A DNA stretch of 41,590 bases. It comes from an uncultured Saprospiraceae bacterium. Lineage in GTDB: Bacteria; Bacteroidota; Bacteroidia; Chitinophagales; Saprospiraceae. The notes beneath the pieces were generated by a model that saw nothing but the letters and a program-made list of their open reading frames with translations, did not search any database and was not told the origin of the DNA. The position numbers and the translations under genes are program-made. This document shows positions 16,550-26,720 of this stretch, piece by piece (the first letter of the stretch is position 1; every line of letters starts with the position of its first letter). The DNA lies in the NCBI GenBank assembly GCA_964571475.1, contig CAZNCI010000002.1, forward strand, positions 1-41,590, written 5' to 3'.

Positions 16550-18742
16550 ATGGAAAGGTTCACTTCACTCAACGAAGCTATCAACAGAGAAAAAATTGAT
16601 GTAAAATTCCCTGCAGCCAGGATTTCCGATTATTTCGCATCGAATGTTTTTACCCAAGAAACAATGAAAAAATATCTGGCAAAGGATATTTTCAAACGTG
16701 TCCAAACAGCCATTGCCGGCGGAAAAAAAATCGAGAGAGAAACAGCCAATCAGGTCGCCGCTGCAATGAAGTCATGGGCAATCGAAAAAAATGCAAAATC
16801 CTTCACCCACTGGTTTCAGCCCCTCACCGGAGCGACAGCGGAGAAGCACGATTCTTTTTTTGTGCCGGACATGAACGGTGGCGGCGGAATCGAAACTTTC
16901 AGTGGAGATGAGCTCGTCCAGCAAGAGCCCGATGCTTCGTCCTTCCCTTCCGGAGGAATCAGACAAACCTTTGAAGCCAGAGGTTATACCGCATGGGATC
17001 CGTCCTCCCCTGCTTTCATCATGGAGATTGGAGAAGGAAAAACCCTTTGTATTCCTACCATTTTTGTTTCTTATACAGGAGAAGCACTCGATTACAAAGC
17101 GCCTCTTTTGAAATCAATTAACTTATTGGAAGAAGCGGCACTGCCCGTCGTTCGGATGTTTGACCGCCATGCGACAAAGGTCGTCTCCACTTTAGGATGG
17201 GAGCAGGAATACTTTTTAATAGACGAGGCATTGTATTTTGCACGCCCTGATTTGGTTTTATCTGGACGGACTGTTCTCGGACAAAGCCCGGCAAAGGGAC
17301 AACAATTGGATGACCATTATTTTGGAGCCATTCCCGAACGGGTTTATGCCTTTATGTTAGATTTTGAACAGGAAGCACATAAATTGGGCATCCCCGTTCG
17401 CACCAGACACAACGAGGTTGCTCCTGGTCAATTTGAACTGGCCCCCATGTTTGAAGAGGCTAATATTGCAGTAGATCACAATCAGTTGATTATGGACATT
17501 CTGGAGCGAGTCGCCAAACGCCATAAACTACGGTGTCTGCTCCATGAAAAACCATTCGCAGGCATCAATGGCTCAGGAAAACACAACAATTGGTCATTGG
17601 CAACAGATACCGGAAAAAATTTACTGTCTCCCGGCTCTACCCCAAAGACCAATTTATTATTTCTGACCTTCTTTGTGAATGTGATTAAAGCCGTTTATGA
17701 ACACGCTGATGTCTTGCGTGCCGCCATCGCCTCTGCAGGTAATGATCACCGGCTGGGAGCCAATGAAGCACCTCCTGCTATCATCTCTGTCTTTATCGGC
17801 AAGCACCTTTCTCAAGTACTGGATGAGGTCGAAAAACGAGTCAAAGATGGCCGTTCAGATGAAGTAGCTAATGCCAATCTAAAAATGGATATTCACAAGA
17901 TTATCCCCGATTTATTACGGGATAATACCGATAGAAACAGGACTTCGCCCTTCGCCTTTACAGGAAATAAATTCGAGATAAGAGCCGTCGGATCGACCAC
18001 CAATTGTGCCTCACCTATTACCGTGATGAATACTATCATGGCCAACCAGTTAAAAGAATTTAAAAAAGAAATTGACACCTTGGTAAAAGGAGGAGAAAGC
18101 AAAGAAGGAGCTTTATTAAGGGTATTAAGGAGATGTATTCGCGTAGCAAAACCCATTCTTTTTGAAGGAGACAACTACAGTGAAGCATGGGCAAAAGAAG
18201 CAGAAAAAAGAGGCCTAAATAATATCAAAACTACGCCCTATGCACTTGAATTTTTTGAAACTAAAAAAGCAAAAAAATTATTCGCTTCCAACGGTATCTT
18301 TACCGAAACAGAATTAAATGCACGGACCGAAATTTATTTTGAAAACTACATTCTAAAAATTCAAATCGAAGGGCGAATCCTGGGAGAAATGGCTATGACG
18401 CAAGTCATCCCGGCAGCAGTCGCTTATCAAAACACCTTGATCGAAAATGCACTTGGGTTAAAAGACTTAGATATCGGCGCAGATGCCATCGAAACGCAAA
18501 AGAGTTTGATTAAGGACATCTCTAAACATATTTCTGTTATTCAAACCAATGTATTAGCCATGATTAATGCAAGGAAAAAAGCCAATAAAATCGAACACGC
18601 TTCTGATAAAGCAAAGGCTTATTGTGATGAAGTAAAACCCTTCTTTGACATCATTCGCTATCATTCTGACAAACTGGAATTGATCGTCGATAATGAATTA
18701 TGGCCACTGCCTAAGTATCGGGAATTGTTATTTATAAAATAG
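16550..18742 (+). CDS. glnN: Glutamine synthetase type III
   Basis: 730 aa, the size typical of GSIII. Motifs include EQEYFLID, HNEVAPGQFE, HEKPFAGINGSGKHNNWS and NRTSPFAFTGNKFE. Confidence 0.9.
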   Translation: MERFTSLNEAINREKIDVKFPAARISDYFASNVFTQETMKKYLAKDIFKRVQTAIAGGKKIERETANQVAAAMKSWAIEKNAKSFTHWFQPLTGATAEKHDSFFVPDMNGGGGIETFSGDELVQQEPDASSFPSGGIRQTFEARGYTAWDPSSPAFIMEIGEGKTLCIPTIFVSYTGEALDYKAPLLKSINLLEEAALPVVRMFDRHATKVVSTLGWEQEYFLIDEALYFARPDLVLSGRTVLGQSPAKGQQLDDHYFGAIPERVYAFMLDFEQEAHKLGIPVRTRHNEVAPGQFELAPMFEEANIAVDHNQLIMDILERVAKRHKLRCLLHEKPFAGINGSGKHNNWSLATDTGKNLLSPGSTPKTNLLFLTFFVNVIKAVYEHADVLRAAIASAGNDHRLGANEAPPAIISVFIGKHLSQVLDEVEKRVKDGRSDEVANANLKMDIHKIIPDLLRDNTDRNRTSPFAFTGNKFEIRAVGSTTNCASPITVMNTIMANQLKEFKKEIDTLVKGGESKEGALLRVLRRCIRVAKPILFEGDNYSEAWAKEAEKRGLNNIKTTPYALEFFETKKAKKLFASNGIFTETELNARTEIYFENYILKIQIEGRILGEMAMTQVIPAAVAYQNTLIENALGLKDLDIGADAIETQKSLIKDISKHISVIQTNVLAMINARKKANKIEHASDKAKAYCDEVKPFFDIIRYHSDKLELIVDNELWPLPKYRELLFIK

Positions 18743-18756
18743 GACTTACTAAAATC

Positions 18757-18796
18757 AAAAAGCGATGCTCCGTTGTATCTCGGAGTATCGCTTTAT
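18757..18796. terminator. Bidirectional rho-independent terminator (glnN on +, nuo transcription unit on -)
   Basis: A 12-bp stem, AGCGATGCTCCG (18761-18772) pairing with CGGAGTATCGCT (18781-18792), contains one G:U pair. It is flanked by AAAATCAAAA on one side and TTTAT on the other. Confidence 0.75.
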
Positions 18797-18807
18797 ACGG
18801 TAATAGA

Positions 18808-19137
18808 TCATTTCTCCCAATACTCCGGTTTCGTCTCCTCCGTCCTTTGGTTCCAATAATCAGGGGTTACCTTACGCCCATCCTTTGTGTGCAACTCTCG
18901 ATTATAAACGGCAATCACAGGATTAAACACCAGATCGGTAACAGCTACAGTGTATAATTGAGGGTCTTCTTCCGACTTCCTTTTTTCTTCAACCGTCAGA
19001 ACAGTATAACCGTTCAATTCCAATAACTCCTTCAAAAAGTCAACGCGTGCCTGATCAATTTTTTTCTCGACATAAGTCACCTTTGTACCATCCGCTAACT
19101 CTCCAAATAAGTGCCTCCCTTTATTTAATGCTGACAT
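18808..19137 (-). CDS. Hypothetical 109-aa soluble protein, last gene of the kor-nuo string
   Basis: The ATG lies 24 nt after the nuoN stop on the same strand. There are no cysteines and no TM segment. The terminator follows directly. I recognise no family. Confidence 0.6.
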   Translation of the reverse strand: MSALNKGRHLFGELADGTKVTYVEKKIDQARVDFLKELLELNGYTVLTVEEKRKSEEDPQLYTVAVTDLVFNPVIAVYNRELHTKDGRKVTPDYWNQRTEETKPEYWEK

Positions 19138-19161
19138 TATTACTAACTTTAAATTTTAAAC

Positions 19162-20589
19162 CTATTTCAATAATCCTCCCATCCCAAAAACATACTCGTA
19201 AATTGGACTGTACAGCCCAATCGCCAATACTCCAACAACACATAATACCAAACCCACTTTTAGTAAATTATCCGTTTTAATATACGGAATGGCTTCGTCA
19301 CTCTGCCTCAAAAACATCGCACGAACCACCAGTAAATAGTAATACAATGAGATAATTACATTAATCACAGCTATTGTCACCAGCCAATAATACCCTTCAC
19401 TCGCTGCGCCTACAAATAAGAAGAACTTACCAAAGAAACCTGCTACCGGAGGGATTCCTGCTAAAGAAAACAATGACAACAACATCACCAAACTCAACTT
19501 GGGGTTCGTTCGATACAAACCTTCATATTCCTTCATATTCTCCTTGCCCGTAGCAAAAGAAATAGCCTGAACAACCCCAAATGCCCCTAAATTAGAGAAG
19601 ATATAAATCAAAACAAAATACAAAATCACCGACATACCCAAATGTGCAGCCGCCATCAGCCCCAATAATAAAAAACCAGCCTGTGCCACTGATGAAAAGG
19701 CCAAAAATCGTTTCATATTCGTTTGCCGTATGGCAAATAAATTACCAATCGTCATCGTCACTATGGACAATACATATATCACATCCTTCCATACCACCTC
19801 CATTGATTTCATCGCCGTAAACAAAATAATAGTCAATATAAAGGCTGCTGCTCCCTTTGACACAACGGACAAATAAGAAGTCACATTGACCGGGGCTCCC
19901 TCATAAACATCTGCCGTCCAAAAGTGAAACGGCACCAAAGATAATTTAAAAGCCAGGCCTGCCATGAAAAATATCAATGCCAATATCTCCAATGGTCCAC
20001 TTCCGATCGACGATGCAATCTCATCAAAATAGACAGAACCCGTCACGCCATATATCATCGAAATGCCATATAGTGCGACGCCTGATGCCATAGCTGCAGA
20101 CAATATAAACTTAATACCCGCCTCCGCTGATTTTTTATTGTAAATATCGTAAGCAGCCAGTGCCGCAATAGGTAAGGATGATAGCTCCAGTCCTATATAA
20201 AACATCAAAAAATCACCGGCTGAAATCATGAAATACATCCCCAATAAGGTCGAAAATATCAATAGATAAAATTCACTCCCTCTTCCTTGATCAATCAAAT
20301 CTCTTTTAATCCAGGAAGCAGATTGAAACAAAACGATCAATACCCCGATATTTAATACATTCTTCATAAAATGTGTCAAGGCTGAATTATGGTACATTTT
20401 GCCAAACAATTGCCCGTATTCCGTAGGGAAGAAACCCGCGATTGTCTGTATAGCAAACAATCCAATGGAGATCGAAATAATCAAATTTCGCTTTTCTCTG
20501 GATAGAAATATCTCCGCACACAATACAATCAAAATTATTGCGGTTAACAATATCTCCTGACGCATCAATAAAAATTTACTTAATTCCAT
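19162..20589 (-). CDS. nuoN: NADH-quinone oxidoreductase subunit N
   Basis: 475-aa polytopic antiporter-like protein, placed last in the conserved nuo order. Confidence 0.9.
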   Translation of the reverse strand: MELSKFLLMRQEILLTAIILIVLCAEIFLSREKRNLIISISIGLFAIQTIAGFFPTEYGQLFGKMYHNSALTHFMKNVLNIGVLIVLFQSASWIKRDLIDQGRGSEFYLLIFSTLLGMYFMISAGDFLMFYIGLELSSLPIAALAAYDIYNKKSAEAGIKFILSAAMASGVALYGISMIYGVTGSVYFDEIASSIGSGPLEILALIFFMAGLAFKLSLVPFHFWTADVYEGAPVNVTSYLSVVSKGAAAFILTIILFTAMKSMEVVWKDVIYVLSIVTMTIGNLFAIRQTNMKRFLAFSSVAQAGFLLLGLMAAAHLGMSVILYFVLIYIFSNLGAFGVVQAISFATGKENMKEYEGLYRTNPKLSLVMLLSLFSLAGIPPVAGFFGKFFLFVGAASEGYYWLVTIAVINVIISLYYYLLVVRAMFLRQSDEAIPYIKTDNLLKVGLVLCVVGVLAIGLYSPIYEYVFGMGGLLK

Positions 20590-20726
20590 CTTTCTTTAAT
20601 TAAGATATTTTGGCATTTATTTTTTTCTTGGGCGAGTCACGTAAAAACGTGACCAGGCTATCCGCACTCGCTCTTTCTAAAAAGAGCTCAAACAATTGCT
20701 TCTATCCTTCTCGCAATCCATTTTCA
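20590..20726 (-). other. Atypically long structured intercistronic spacer (nuoM-nuoN)
   Basis: The gap is 137 nt, against 20-54 nt for all other nuo junctions. It holds two stem-loops: GTCACG/CGTGAC (20636-20653) and GCTCTTT/AAAGAGC (20670-20687). It is a GC-rich island in an AT-rich context. Confidence 0.6.
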
Positions 20727-22220
20727 TCAATGAAAGAACTTCTCCATCATTGGAATAATACTATCGGTAATCATATTTGACACCCACAAAGGAGCCATCC
20801 CTAACCCCATAATGGGGATAATCAACAATACTGCCCCGACTTTCTCAAACCACATTGCCTTGGGAAGATCCCTGAATTTTTCATTTTTGACCGGTCCCAT
20901 CAGCATCAGGCCTACTACCCGTAAAATATACACCGCCGTCACCACAATAGCCGAAATCGACACGACCGTTGCTATTCTGTAAAATAATTCCTTATGCTGA
21001 AATGCCCCTACAAAAATAGTCATTTCTGCTACGAATCCACTCAAGCCCGGCAAACCGAGAGACGCCAAACCCGCAATCACATAAACGGCGGATATAAACG
21101 GCAGTATCTTCATCAATCCCCCCATTTTATACACATCCCGGGTATGTGTCCGACCATATAGCATCCCAATCAAACCAAAGAATAATGCCGTCATCAATCC
21201 ATGAGATAACATCTGCAATATGGCTCCGGTAAACGCAATCTGATTCACCATCAATATCGCATAAAAAACCAAACCACAGTGACTCACGGAGGAATAAGCA
21301 TTGATATATTTCAAGTCCGTTTGTGCAATCGCTCCAAAGGCGCCATATATCACACTAATCGCTGTTAATATCACAAATATCCAGCCCATCTCTGCTGCGG
21401 CATCAGGCATCAGGTACATCGCCACCCGAAACGCGCCATAACCTCCCAGCTTCATCAACACCCCTGCATGCAACATGGATACTGCCGTAGGTGCCGATGC
21501 GTGACCATCAGGAGACCAGGTATGAAATGGGAACAATGCCCCCAAAACGCCAAACCCCATAAAGGTAAACGGGAAGAAAAAACGCTGGGCTTCAACTGGA
21601 ATTGTATTCTTCGCAATTTCTAAAATATTAAAAGTCAAAGCACCTCCATCCGGTGCCGAATTAAAATAAATGCCCAAGAGCCCTACCAATAAAAAGGCGG
21701 AACCTCCCATCAGCATTAAGGTCAATTTCATGGCGGCATACTCCTTTTTCCCGCTTCCCCAGATTCCTATCAATAAATACATCGGAATTACGGCTACTTC
21801 GTAAAAAAGAAACATCGTGAACAAATCAAGCGAAATAAAGAACCCAAATACGCCCATTGCCAGAATAATCAGAGAGATAAAAAACTCCTTCGTCATATTC
21901 TCAACCTGCCAGGAAATAAATACCCCCGCAAAAGTCACAATGCCCGTCAATAAAATCATCACAACAGAAATACCATCTACCCCAATATCATAATGAATAT
22001 TGAAATGCTCAAACCAAACATAACTCTTGGTGAAAACCATAGTCGCCGTATTGCCATTTGCCCGTTCGCCCAAATAGGCAAAAACAAGATAAATAGCCTG
22101 CACGAACTCCAAGCCCATCCCTATTGCCGAAATAACACGAGCCTGCTTAAAATCCCGACTAAACACCAATGCGACAACTGTCAAAAACGGTATAACAACC
22201 AATAATGTTAAAATATCCAT
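20727..22220 (-). CDS. nuoM: NADH-quinone oxidoreductase subunit M
   Basis: 497-aa antiporter-like membrane subunit in the conserved position. Confidence 0.9.
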   Translation of the reverse strand: MDILTLLVVIPFLTVVALVFSRDFKQARVISAIGMGLEFVQAIYLVFAYLGERANGNTATMVFTKSYVWFEHFNIHYDIGVDGISVVMILLTGIVTFAGVFISWQVENMTKEFFISLIILAMGVFGFFISLDLFTMFLFYEVAVIPMYLLIGIWGSGKKEYAAMKLTLMLMGGSAFLLVGLLGIYFNSAPDGGALTFNILEIAKNTIPVEAQRFFFPFTFMGFGVLGALFPFHTWSPDGHASAPTAVSMLHAGVLMKLGGYGAFRVAMYLMPDAAAEMGWIFVILTAISVIYGAFGAIAQTDLKYINAYSSVSHCGLVFYAILMVNQIAFTGAILQMLSHGLMTALFFGLIGMLYGRTHTRDVYKMGGLMKILPFISAVYVIAGLASLGLPGLSGFVAEMTIFVGAFQHKELFYRIATVVSISAIVVTAVYILRVVGLMLMGPVKNEKFRDLPKAMWFEKVGAVLLIIPIMGLGMAPLWVSNMITDSIIPMMEKFFH

Positions 22221-22274
22221 AATTCTTATATTAATATTTTTAATGGCAAAAACTCAATTAAATACCATTAAACA

Positions 22275-24191
22275 CTATCCTTTTAAATAGACAAAAATCA
22301 ATACCAATGCCAAAACACCTGATATAAATGCAAATGCGTAATCCTGCACCCGTCCTGATTGAACCCCCTTGATTCTTCCAGAAACAGCAGCCGTAATTCG
22401 CCCCAAAAGATTCATAAAGCCATCTATAATATTTCGGTCAAACCAGGCGACTGACTTGGCTATTATCCCGAATAGAATACTTTTTGTGACAAACATATAC
22501 ACCTCATCTATATAAAACTTATCATAAGTCCATTTATAAACTGATCCAAAATTTCCGGCAACCCTATCCGGCAAATCTGATTTTTTCTTATAAAATAAAT
22601 AGGCGACTAAAATCCCCAGCACACCAATACCTATTGATGGCAAAGCAACCAACCAATCTATATGTGTGTGAAACGCGTGCCCATCTGATGTGACCAAATC
22701 ATGAAATGGAATAAACCCCGTTGTCACACTGGCAATAGCGAGAATGATCAAAGGGATCGTCATCGTCAAAGGTGACTCATGAGGCGCGTGCTCATACTTT
22801 TTATCACCACCCCAAAATATATTAAAATACAACCTGAACATATAAAATGCCGTCAATCCTGCCACAATATATTCCACTACAAAAAGAAAGGTATTCTGGT
22901 GCAAAGCTGCTGCCAATATCTCATCCTTACTAAAAAATCCAGCGCCGGGAGGGATACCGGAAATTGCGATACAGGCCATTAAAAACGTAATATGTGTAAT
23001 GGGCATATATTTGCGCAAACCGCCCATATCTCCCATTAAATTACTATGAACCGCATGGATAATAGATCCCGCCCCAAGGAACAATAACGCCTTAAACATC
23101 GCATGGGTAAATAAATGAAACATCGCCGCCATAAACCCTAAGCCTTCATGATCTCCATAACCCGACACCCCTAATGCCAGCATCATATACCCTAACTGCG
23201 ACATGGTAGAAAAAGCCAACACCCGCTTAATATCCGTCTGCGTACAGGCAATTACTGCCGCAAACACGGAGGTAAATCCTCCCACATAAGCAATAAACTC
23301 CAATGCATCCGGTGCCGCAAAATGATACAAAGGAAATAATCGCGCCACCAAATAAACACCGGCAACTACCATGGTCGCTGCGTGAATCAATGCTGAAACA
23401 GGAGTAGGTCCCTCCATGGCATCTGGCAGCCAAATATGCAAAGGAAACATGGCAGACTTACCGGCACCACCCATAAAAACGAGCAATAAAGCCCATGTCA
23501 TCGCTGACATACCCATAAATGCGATACCCGCACCCTGGGTCATCGCCGCGCCATTAAGATCAGTTAACAATTGAAAATCAAAGGTTCCCGTTAGGGCGGA
23601 AATCAACAAAATACCAATTAAAAATCCTAAATCTGCAAATCGAGTAACGATAAAGGCTTTTTTAGAAGCCGCTACCGCTGAAGGTTTATCATAGTAAAAG
23701 CCAATCAAAAGGAAGGAAGAAACACCTACCAACTCCCAAAACATATACATCTGGAACAAATTCGTCGCAACGACAAGTCCAAACATTGAGAAACTAAACA
23801 GAGATAAAAACGCAAAAAAGCGATAAAATCCCGGGTCTCCTTTCATATATCCAAGACTATAAATGTGCACCATCAGGGAAATAGTCGATACCACCACCAA
23901 CATCATCACCGAAATGGGATCTAATAAAACACCCATATCAATGTGCAATGTTTCTGTAAAAGAAAGCCAAGTCGTATTAAAACCAATTATTTTATGATAA
24001 GTCTCCTCAACTTTTCCTACCTGAAAGAAGTACCTCCAGGCAGTCATATATGACAGCACTGCCGAGATAGCAATTGCTCCTGTACTTATCAACCCCCAAA
24101 TTTTAGGCGATTTATTATTACCCAAAAGCCCAACAACAAAGAAGGCTAAAAAAGGTATTAATGGTATCCAAATTGTATAGCTAAAATCCAT
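22275..24191 (-). CDS. nuoL: NADH-quinone oxidoreductase subunit L
   Basis: 638 aa. It is antiporter-like with the long C-terminal extension typical of NuoL. Confidence 0.9.
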   Translation of the reverse strand: MDFSYTIWIPLIPFLAFFVVGLLGNNKSPKIWGLISTGAIAISAVLSYMTAWRYFFQVGKVEETYHKIIGFNTTWLSFTETLHIDMGVLLDPISVMMLVVVSTISLMVHIYSLGYMKGDPGFYRFFAFLSLFSFSMFGLVVATNLFQMYMFWELVGVSSFLLIGFYYDKPSAVAASKKAFIVTRFADLGFLIGILLISALTGTFDFQLLTDLNGAAMTQGAGIAFMGMSAMTWALLLVFMGGAGKSAMFPLHIWLPDAMEGPTPVSALIHAATMVVAGVYLVARLFPLYHFAAPDALEFIAYVGGFTSVFAAVIACTQTDIKRVLAFSTMSQLGYMMLALGVSGYGDHEGLGFMAAMFHLFTHAMFKALLFLGAGSIIHAVHSNLMGDMGGLRKYMPITHITFLMACIAISGIPPGAGFFSKDEILAAALHQNTFLFVVEYIVAGLTAFYMFRLYFNIFWGGDKKYEHAPHESPLTMTIPLIILAIASVTTGFIPFHDLVTSDGHAFHTHIDWLVALPSIGIGVLGILVAYLFYKKKSDLPDRVAGNFGSVYKWTYDKFYIDEVYMFVTKSILFGIIAKSVAWFDRNIIDGFMNLLGRITAAVSGRIKGVQSGRVQDYAFAFISGVLALVLIFVYLKG

Positions 24192-24226
24192 AAGACACGC
24201 TTTACTAAATTGTAATTTAAAATTCT

Positions 24227-24544
24227 TTAATACTTCATTTCTGTGGTTTCATCCACATCTACTGATTTCACCAAACGGTACAAATCAACAATAATCGCAA
24301 TGGCAATGGCCACTTCCGCCGCTGCAATGGCAATCATAAACAGGGTAAAAAACAGCCCCTGAGAATCTCCCGGATGGAGATATACATTAAAAGCCACGAA
24401 ATTTATGGCAACGGCATTCAAAATCAACTCCACCGACAATAGGATGGAAATCAAATTTTTCCTTGTCAAAAAGCCATAAATACCAATGAAAAATACAATT
24501 GTCGAAACAATCAAAATTTCATATAATCCGACACCTGGTATCAT
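24227..24544 (-). CDS. nuoK: NADH-quinone oxidoreductase subunit K
   Basis: 105 aa with 3 TM segments and the motif LLSVELILNAV. Confidence 0.9.
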   Translation of the reverse strand: MIPGVGLYEILIVSTIVFFIGIYGFLTRKNLISILLSVELILNAVAINFVAFNVYLHPGDSQGLFFTLFMIAIAAAEVAIAIAIIVDLYRLVKSVDVDETTEMKY

Positions 24545-24564
24545 AATATTTATTTTTTACTTTA

Positions 24565-25071
24565 TTATTTTTCAATCTTTGGTCGTTTAGCAATGACAAT
24601 CGCTCCTATCATTGCCGCCAAAAGCAAAATACTTATCAACTCAAAAGGAAGCACATATCCTCCTGCCTCAAAACTCAATAAACGCGTACCTATATCATCG
24701 ACCCTTGCTAATTGTCCTGTTGATTTTTTCTCAAAAGTATGACCCAAAATAGTCGTGATGGAGATAAAAGCCCCAAAAATAACAGCCAGCCCACTTAATA
24801 TAGTCATAAGGAGTTTAGGTCTGGGCAGCTGACTATCAATCCGCTCCGTCAAAAGAATAGCAAATATGATAAGTACGACAATACCTCCGGCATACACCGT
24901 TAATTGCACCGCTCCCAAAAAATGATAACCTACCTGAAAATACAACCCGGCTATTCCTATTAAAACAAAAAAAAGGTAAACAGCTGCACGAAGAATCTTG
25001 GTGCTTGTCACGGATAAAAGTGAAAACCCAACAATCATAGTGGCTAAAATATAAAATATTATACGTTCCAT
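24565..25071 (-). CDS. nuoJ: NADH-quinone oxidoreductase subunit J
   Basis: 168-aa membrane protein, in position between nuoI and nuoK. Confidence 0.85.
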   Translation of the reverse strand: MERIIFYILATMIVGFSLLSVTSTKILRAAVYLFFVLIGIAGLYFQVGYHFLGAVQLTVYAGGIVVLIIFAILLTERIDSQLPRPKLLMTILSGLAVIFGAFISITTILGHTFEKKSTGQLARVDDIGTRLLSFEAGGYVLPFELISILLLAAMIGAIVIAKRPKIEK

Positions 25072-25099
25072 TTAAGGATATTTTTTATAGTACTAAATG

Positions 25100-25585
25100 T
25101 TATTCTTCTACTCCGGGAGCTAATTTCGAACCCGGCTTATTCAATACTTTTGTTAATTTTGAACGATCAAAAACAGCGTGCTCAAACTCCTGCCCCATGA
25201 TAATCGCATCCGTCGGACAGGCAGGAATACACAGGCCACACATGGTGCACATAGATAAATGATAAATATGCTGAACAATGGCTTTTTTCTTCTTGCCCGT
25301 CTCGGGATCAGGTTTTCTATCCCAAATAATTTCGATAGATCCATTTGGACAGGCAATTTCACAGGATTGGCAGCCTGTACACCTATGTTCATTCTCTTCG
25401 TTATGAGGCATAATCACCTCCCCACGAAACCGATCAAACATCTTCAGCTCATCCCGATTATCAGGATACTGCTGCGTGATAATTTCCTTTCGCGCATGGA
25501 AAAAATAATAGCCCGTCACCCTCATACCTTTGATGAGCGTCTTAACGCCATGACCTATTTCTGAAAAATATTTTACTACACCCAT
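25100..25585 (-). CDS. nuoI: NADH-quinone oxidoreductase subunit I (2x[4Fe-4S])
   Basis: Two ferredoxin motifs are present: CTGCQSCEIACP and CTMCGLCIPACP. Confidence 0.9.
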   Translation of the reverse strand: MGVVKYFSEIGHGVKTLIKGMRVTGYYFFHARKEIITQQYPDNRDELKMFDRFRGEVIMPHNEENEHRCTGCQSCEIACPNGSIEIIWDRKPDPETGKKKKAIVQHIYHLSMCTMCGLCIPACPTDAIIMGQEFEHAVFDRSKLTKVLNKPGSKLAPGVEE

Positions 25586-25613
25586 TGTGCCTATATTTTT
25601 TATCCTATTAATT

Positions 25614-26696
25614 TTAATTGCCGAAATACCAACCCATATAAATCATGAACGCCATGAATACAAGGTTCATCAAATTTAATGGCAAAAGATATTTCCACTC
25701 TAATGTCAATAGCTGATCTATTCTCAATCGAGGGAAAGTCCACTTAAACCACATCATAATAAATATGATAAAAGACACCTTTCCGAAAAACCAAAATATG
25801 GGTGGGATATAATCCATCACCTGATTAAACCCGGCTAAATTCCCTATATGAAACGGCATCCACCCCCCTAGGAATATCGTAGCAGCGACAACCGATACAA
25901 TAAACATATTCACAAATTCAGCTAAGAAGAAAAACGCAAATTTCATTCCTGTATATTCCGTGTGAAAACCCGCCGTCAGCTCCGACTCTGCTTCTGCCAA
26001 ATCAAAAGGCCCTCTATTCACTTCTGCCGTAGCTGATATTAAGAAGAGTACAAATGCAATAAATGCAGGTGTATGCCCCTTGAAAATAAACCAACCGTCT
26101 GCCTGATGCTCTATAATTGTTGAAATCTGAAGGCTACCACTCATCAATACAATTGTCAATATGGCGAGCCCAACGGAGAGTTCATAACTAACGACCTGCG
26201 CCCCACTTCTCATCGCACCAATTAACGAATATTTATTATTACTCGCCCACCCGGCCAACAGAATTCCTACTACGCCAATAGAGGAGATCGCAATAATAAA
26301 AAACACCCCAATATTAATATCAAATGCCAATAAGCCTTTTGCAAAGGGAGTTAATGACAAAGCAATTAGTGAAGTAATAATGATAATAAAAGGAGCAAAA
26401 TTAAAAAGAAACCCATCAGCGCCCCTCGTCATTATCGGCTCTTTCAATAATAACTTCAAGGTATCCGCTGTTGTTTGGGCAAGCCCCCAGGGTCCTACTC
26501 TATTCGGTCCTAACCTCAATTGAAAAAATGCACAAACCTTTCTTTCTGCCAATACCAATACTAAACCCAGCAAAGCAAAAAATCCCAAAAAGATCGCCCC
26601 AATTATAAGCCACTCAACGAAGGAAGCCATACCCGGAGACATACTTGATAACAAGCTCTGGTGAATAGAATCGACTAAATTTGTAAAATCATACAT
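25614..26696 (-). CDS. nuoH: NADH-quinone oxidoreductase subunit H
   Basis: 360 aa and polytopic. NuoH/ND1 motifs include RLGPNRVGPWGLAQ and FDLAEAESEL. Confidence 0.9.
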   Translation of the reverse strand: MYDFTNLVDSIHQSLLSSMSPGMASFVEWLIIGAIFLGFFALLGLVLVLAERKVCAFFQLRLGPNRVGPWGLAQTTADTLKLLLKEPIMTRGADGFLFNFAPFIIIITSLIALSLTPFAKGLLAFDINIGVFFIIAISSIGVVGILLAGWASNNKYSLIGAMRSGAQVVSYELSVGLAILTIVLMSGSLQISTIIEHQADGWFIFKGHTPAFIAFVLFLISATAEVNRGPFDLAEAESELTAGFHTEYTGMKFAFFFLAEFVNMFIVSVVAATIFLGGWMPFHIGNLAGFNQVMDYIPPIFWFFGKVSFIIFIMMWFKWTFPRLRIDQLLTLEWKYLLPLNLMNLVFMAFMIYMGWYFGN

Positions 26697-26720
26697 GAAT
26701 AAACACTTTTAATTAATACC

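Noticed and set aside
19047-19280. 77-aa plus-strand ORF bridging orf109 and nuoN
   Set aside because: It is antisense to two co-oriented genes and crosses their junction. The sequence has no start context or motif.
20680-20724. 14-codon ORF (MDCEKDRSNCLSSF) in the nuoM-nuoN spacer
   Set aside because: It is too short and lies within repeat or hairpin sequence, and nothing in the sequence supports translation. I report the spacer as a structured element instead.
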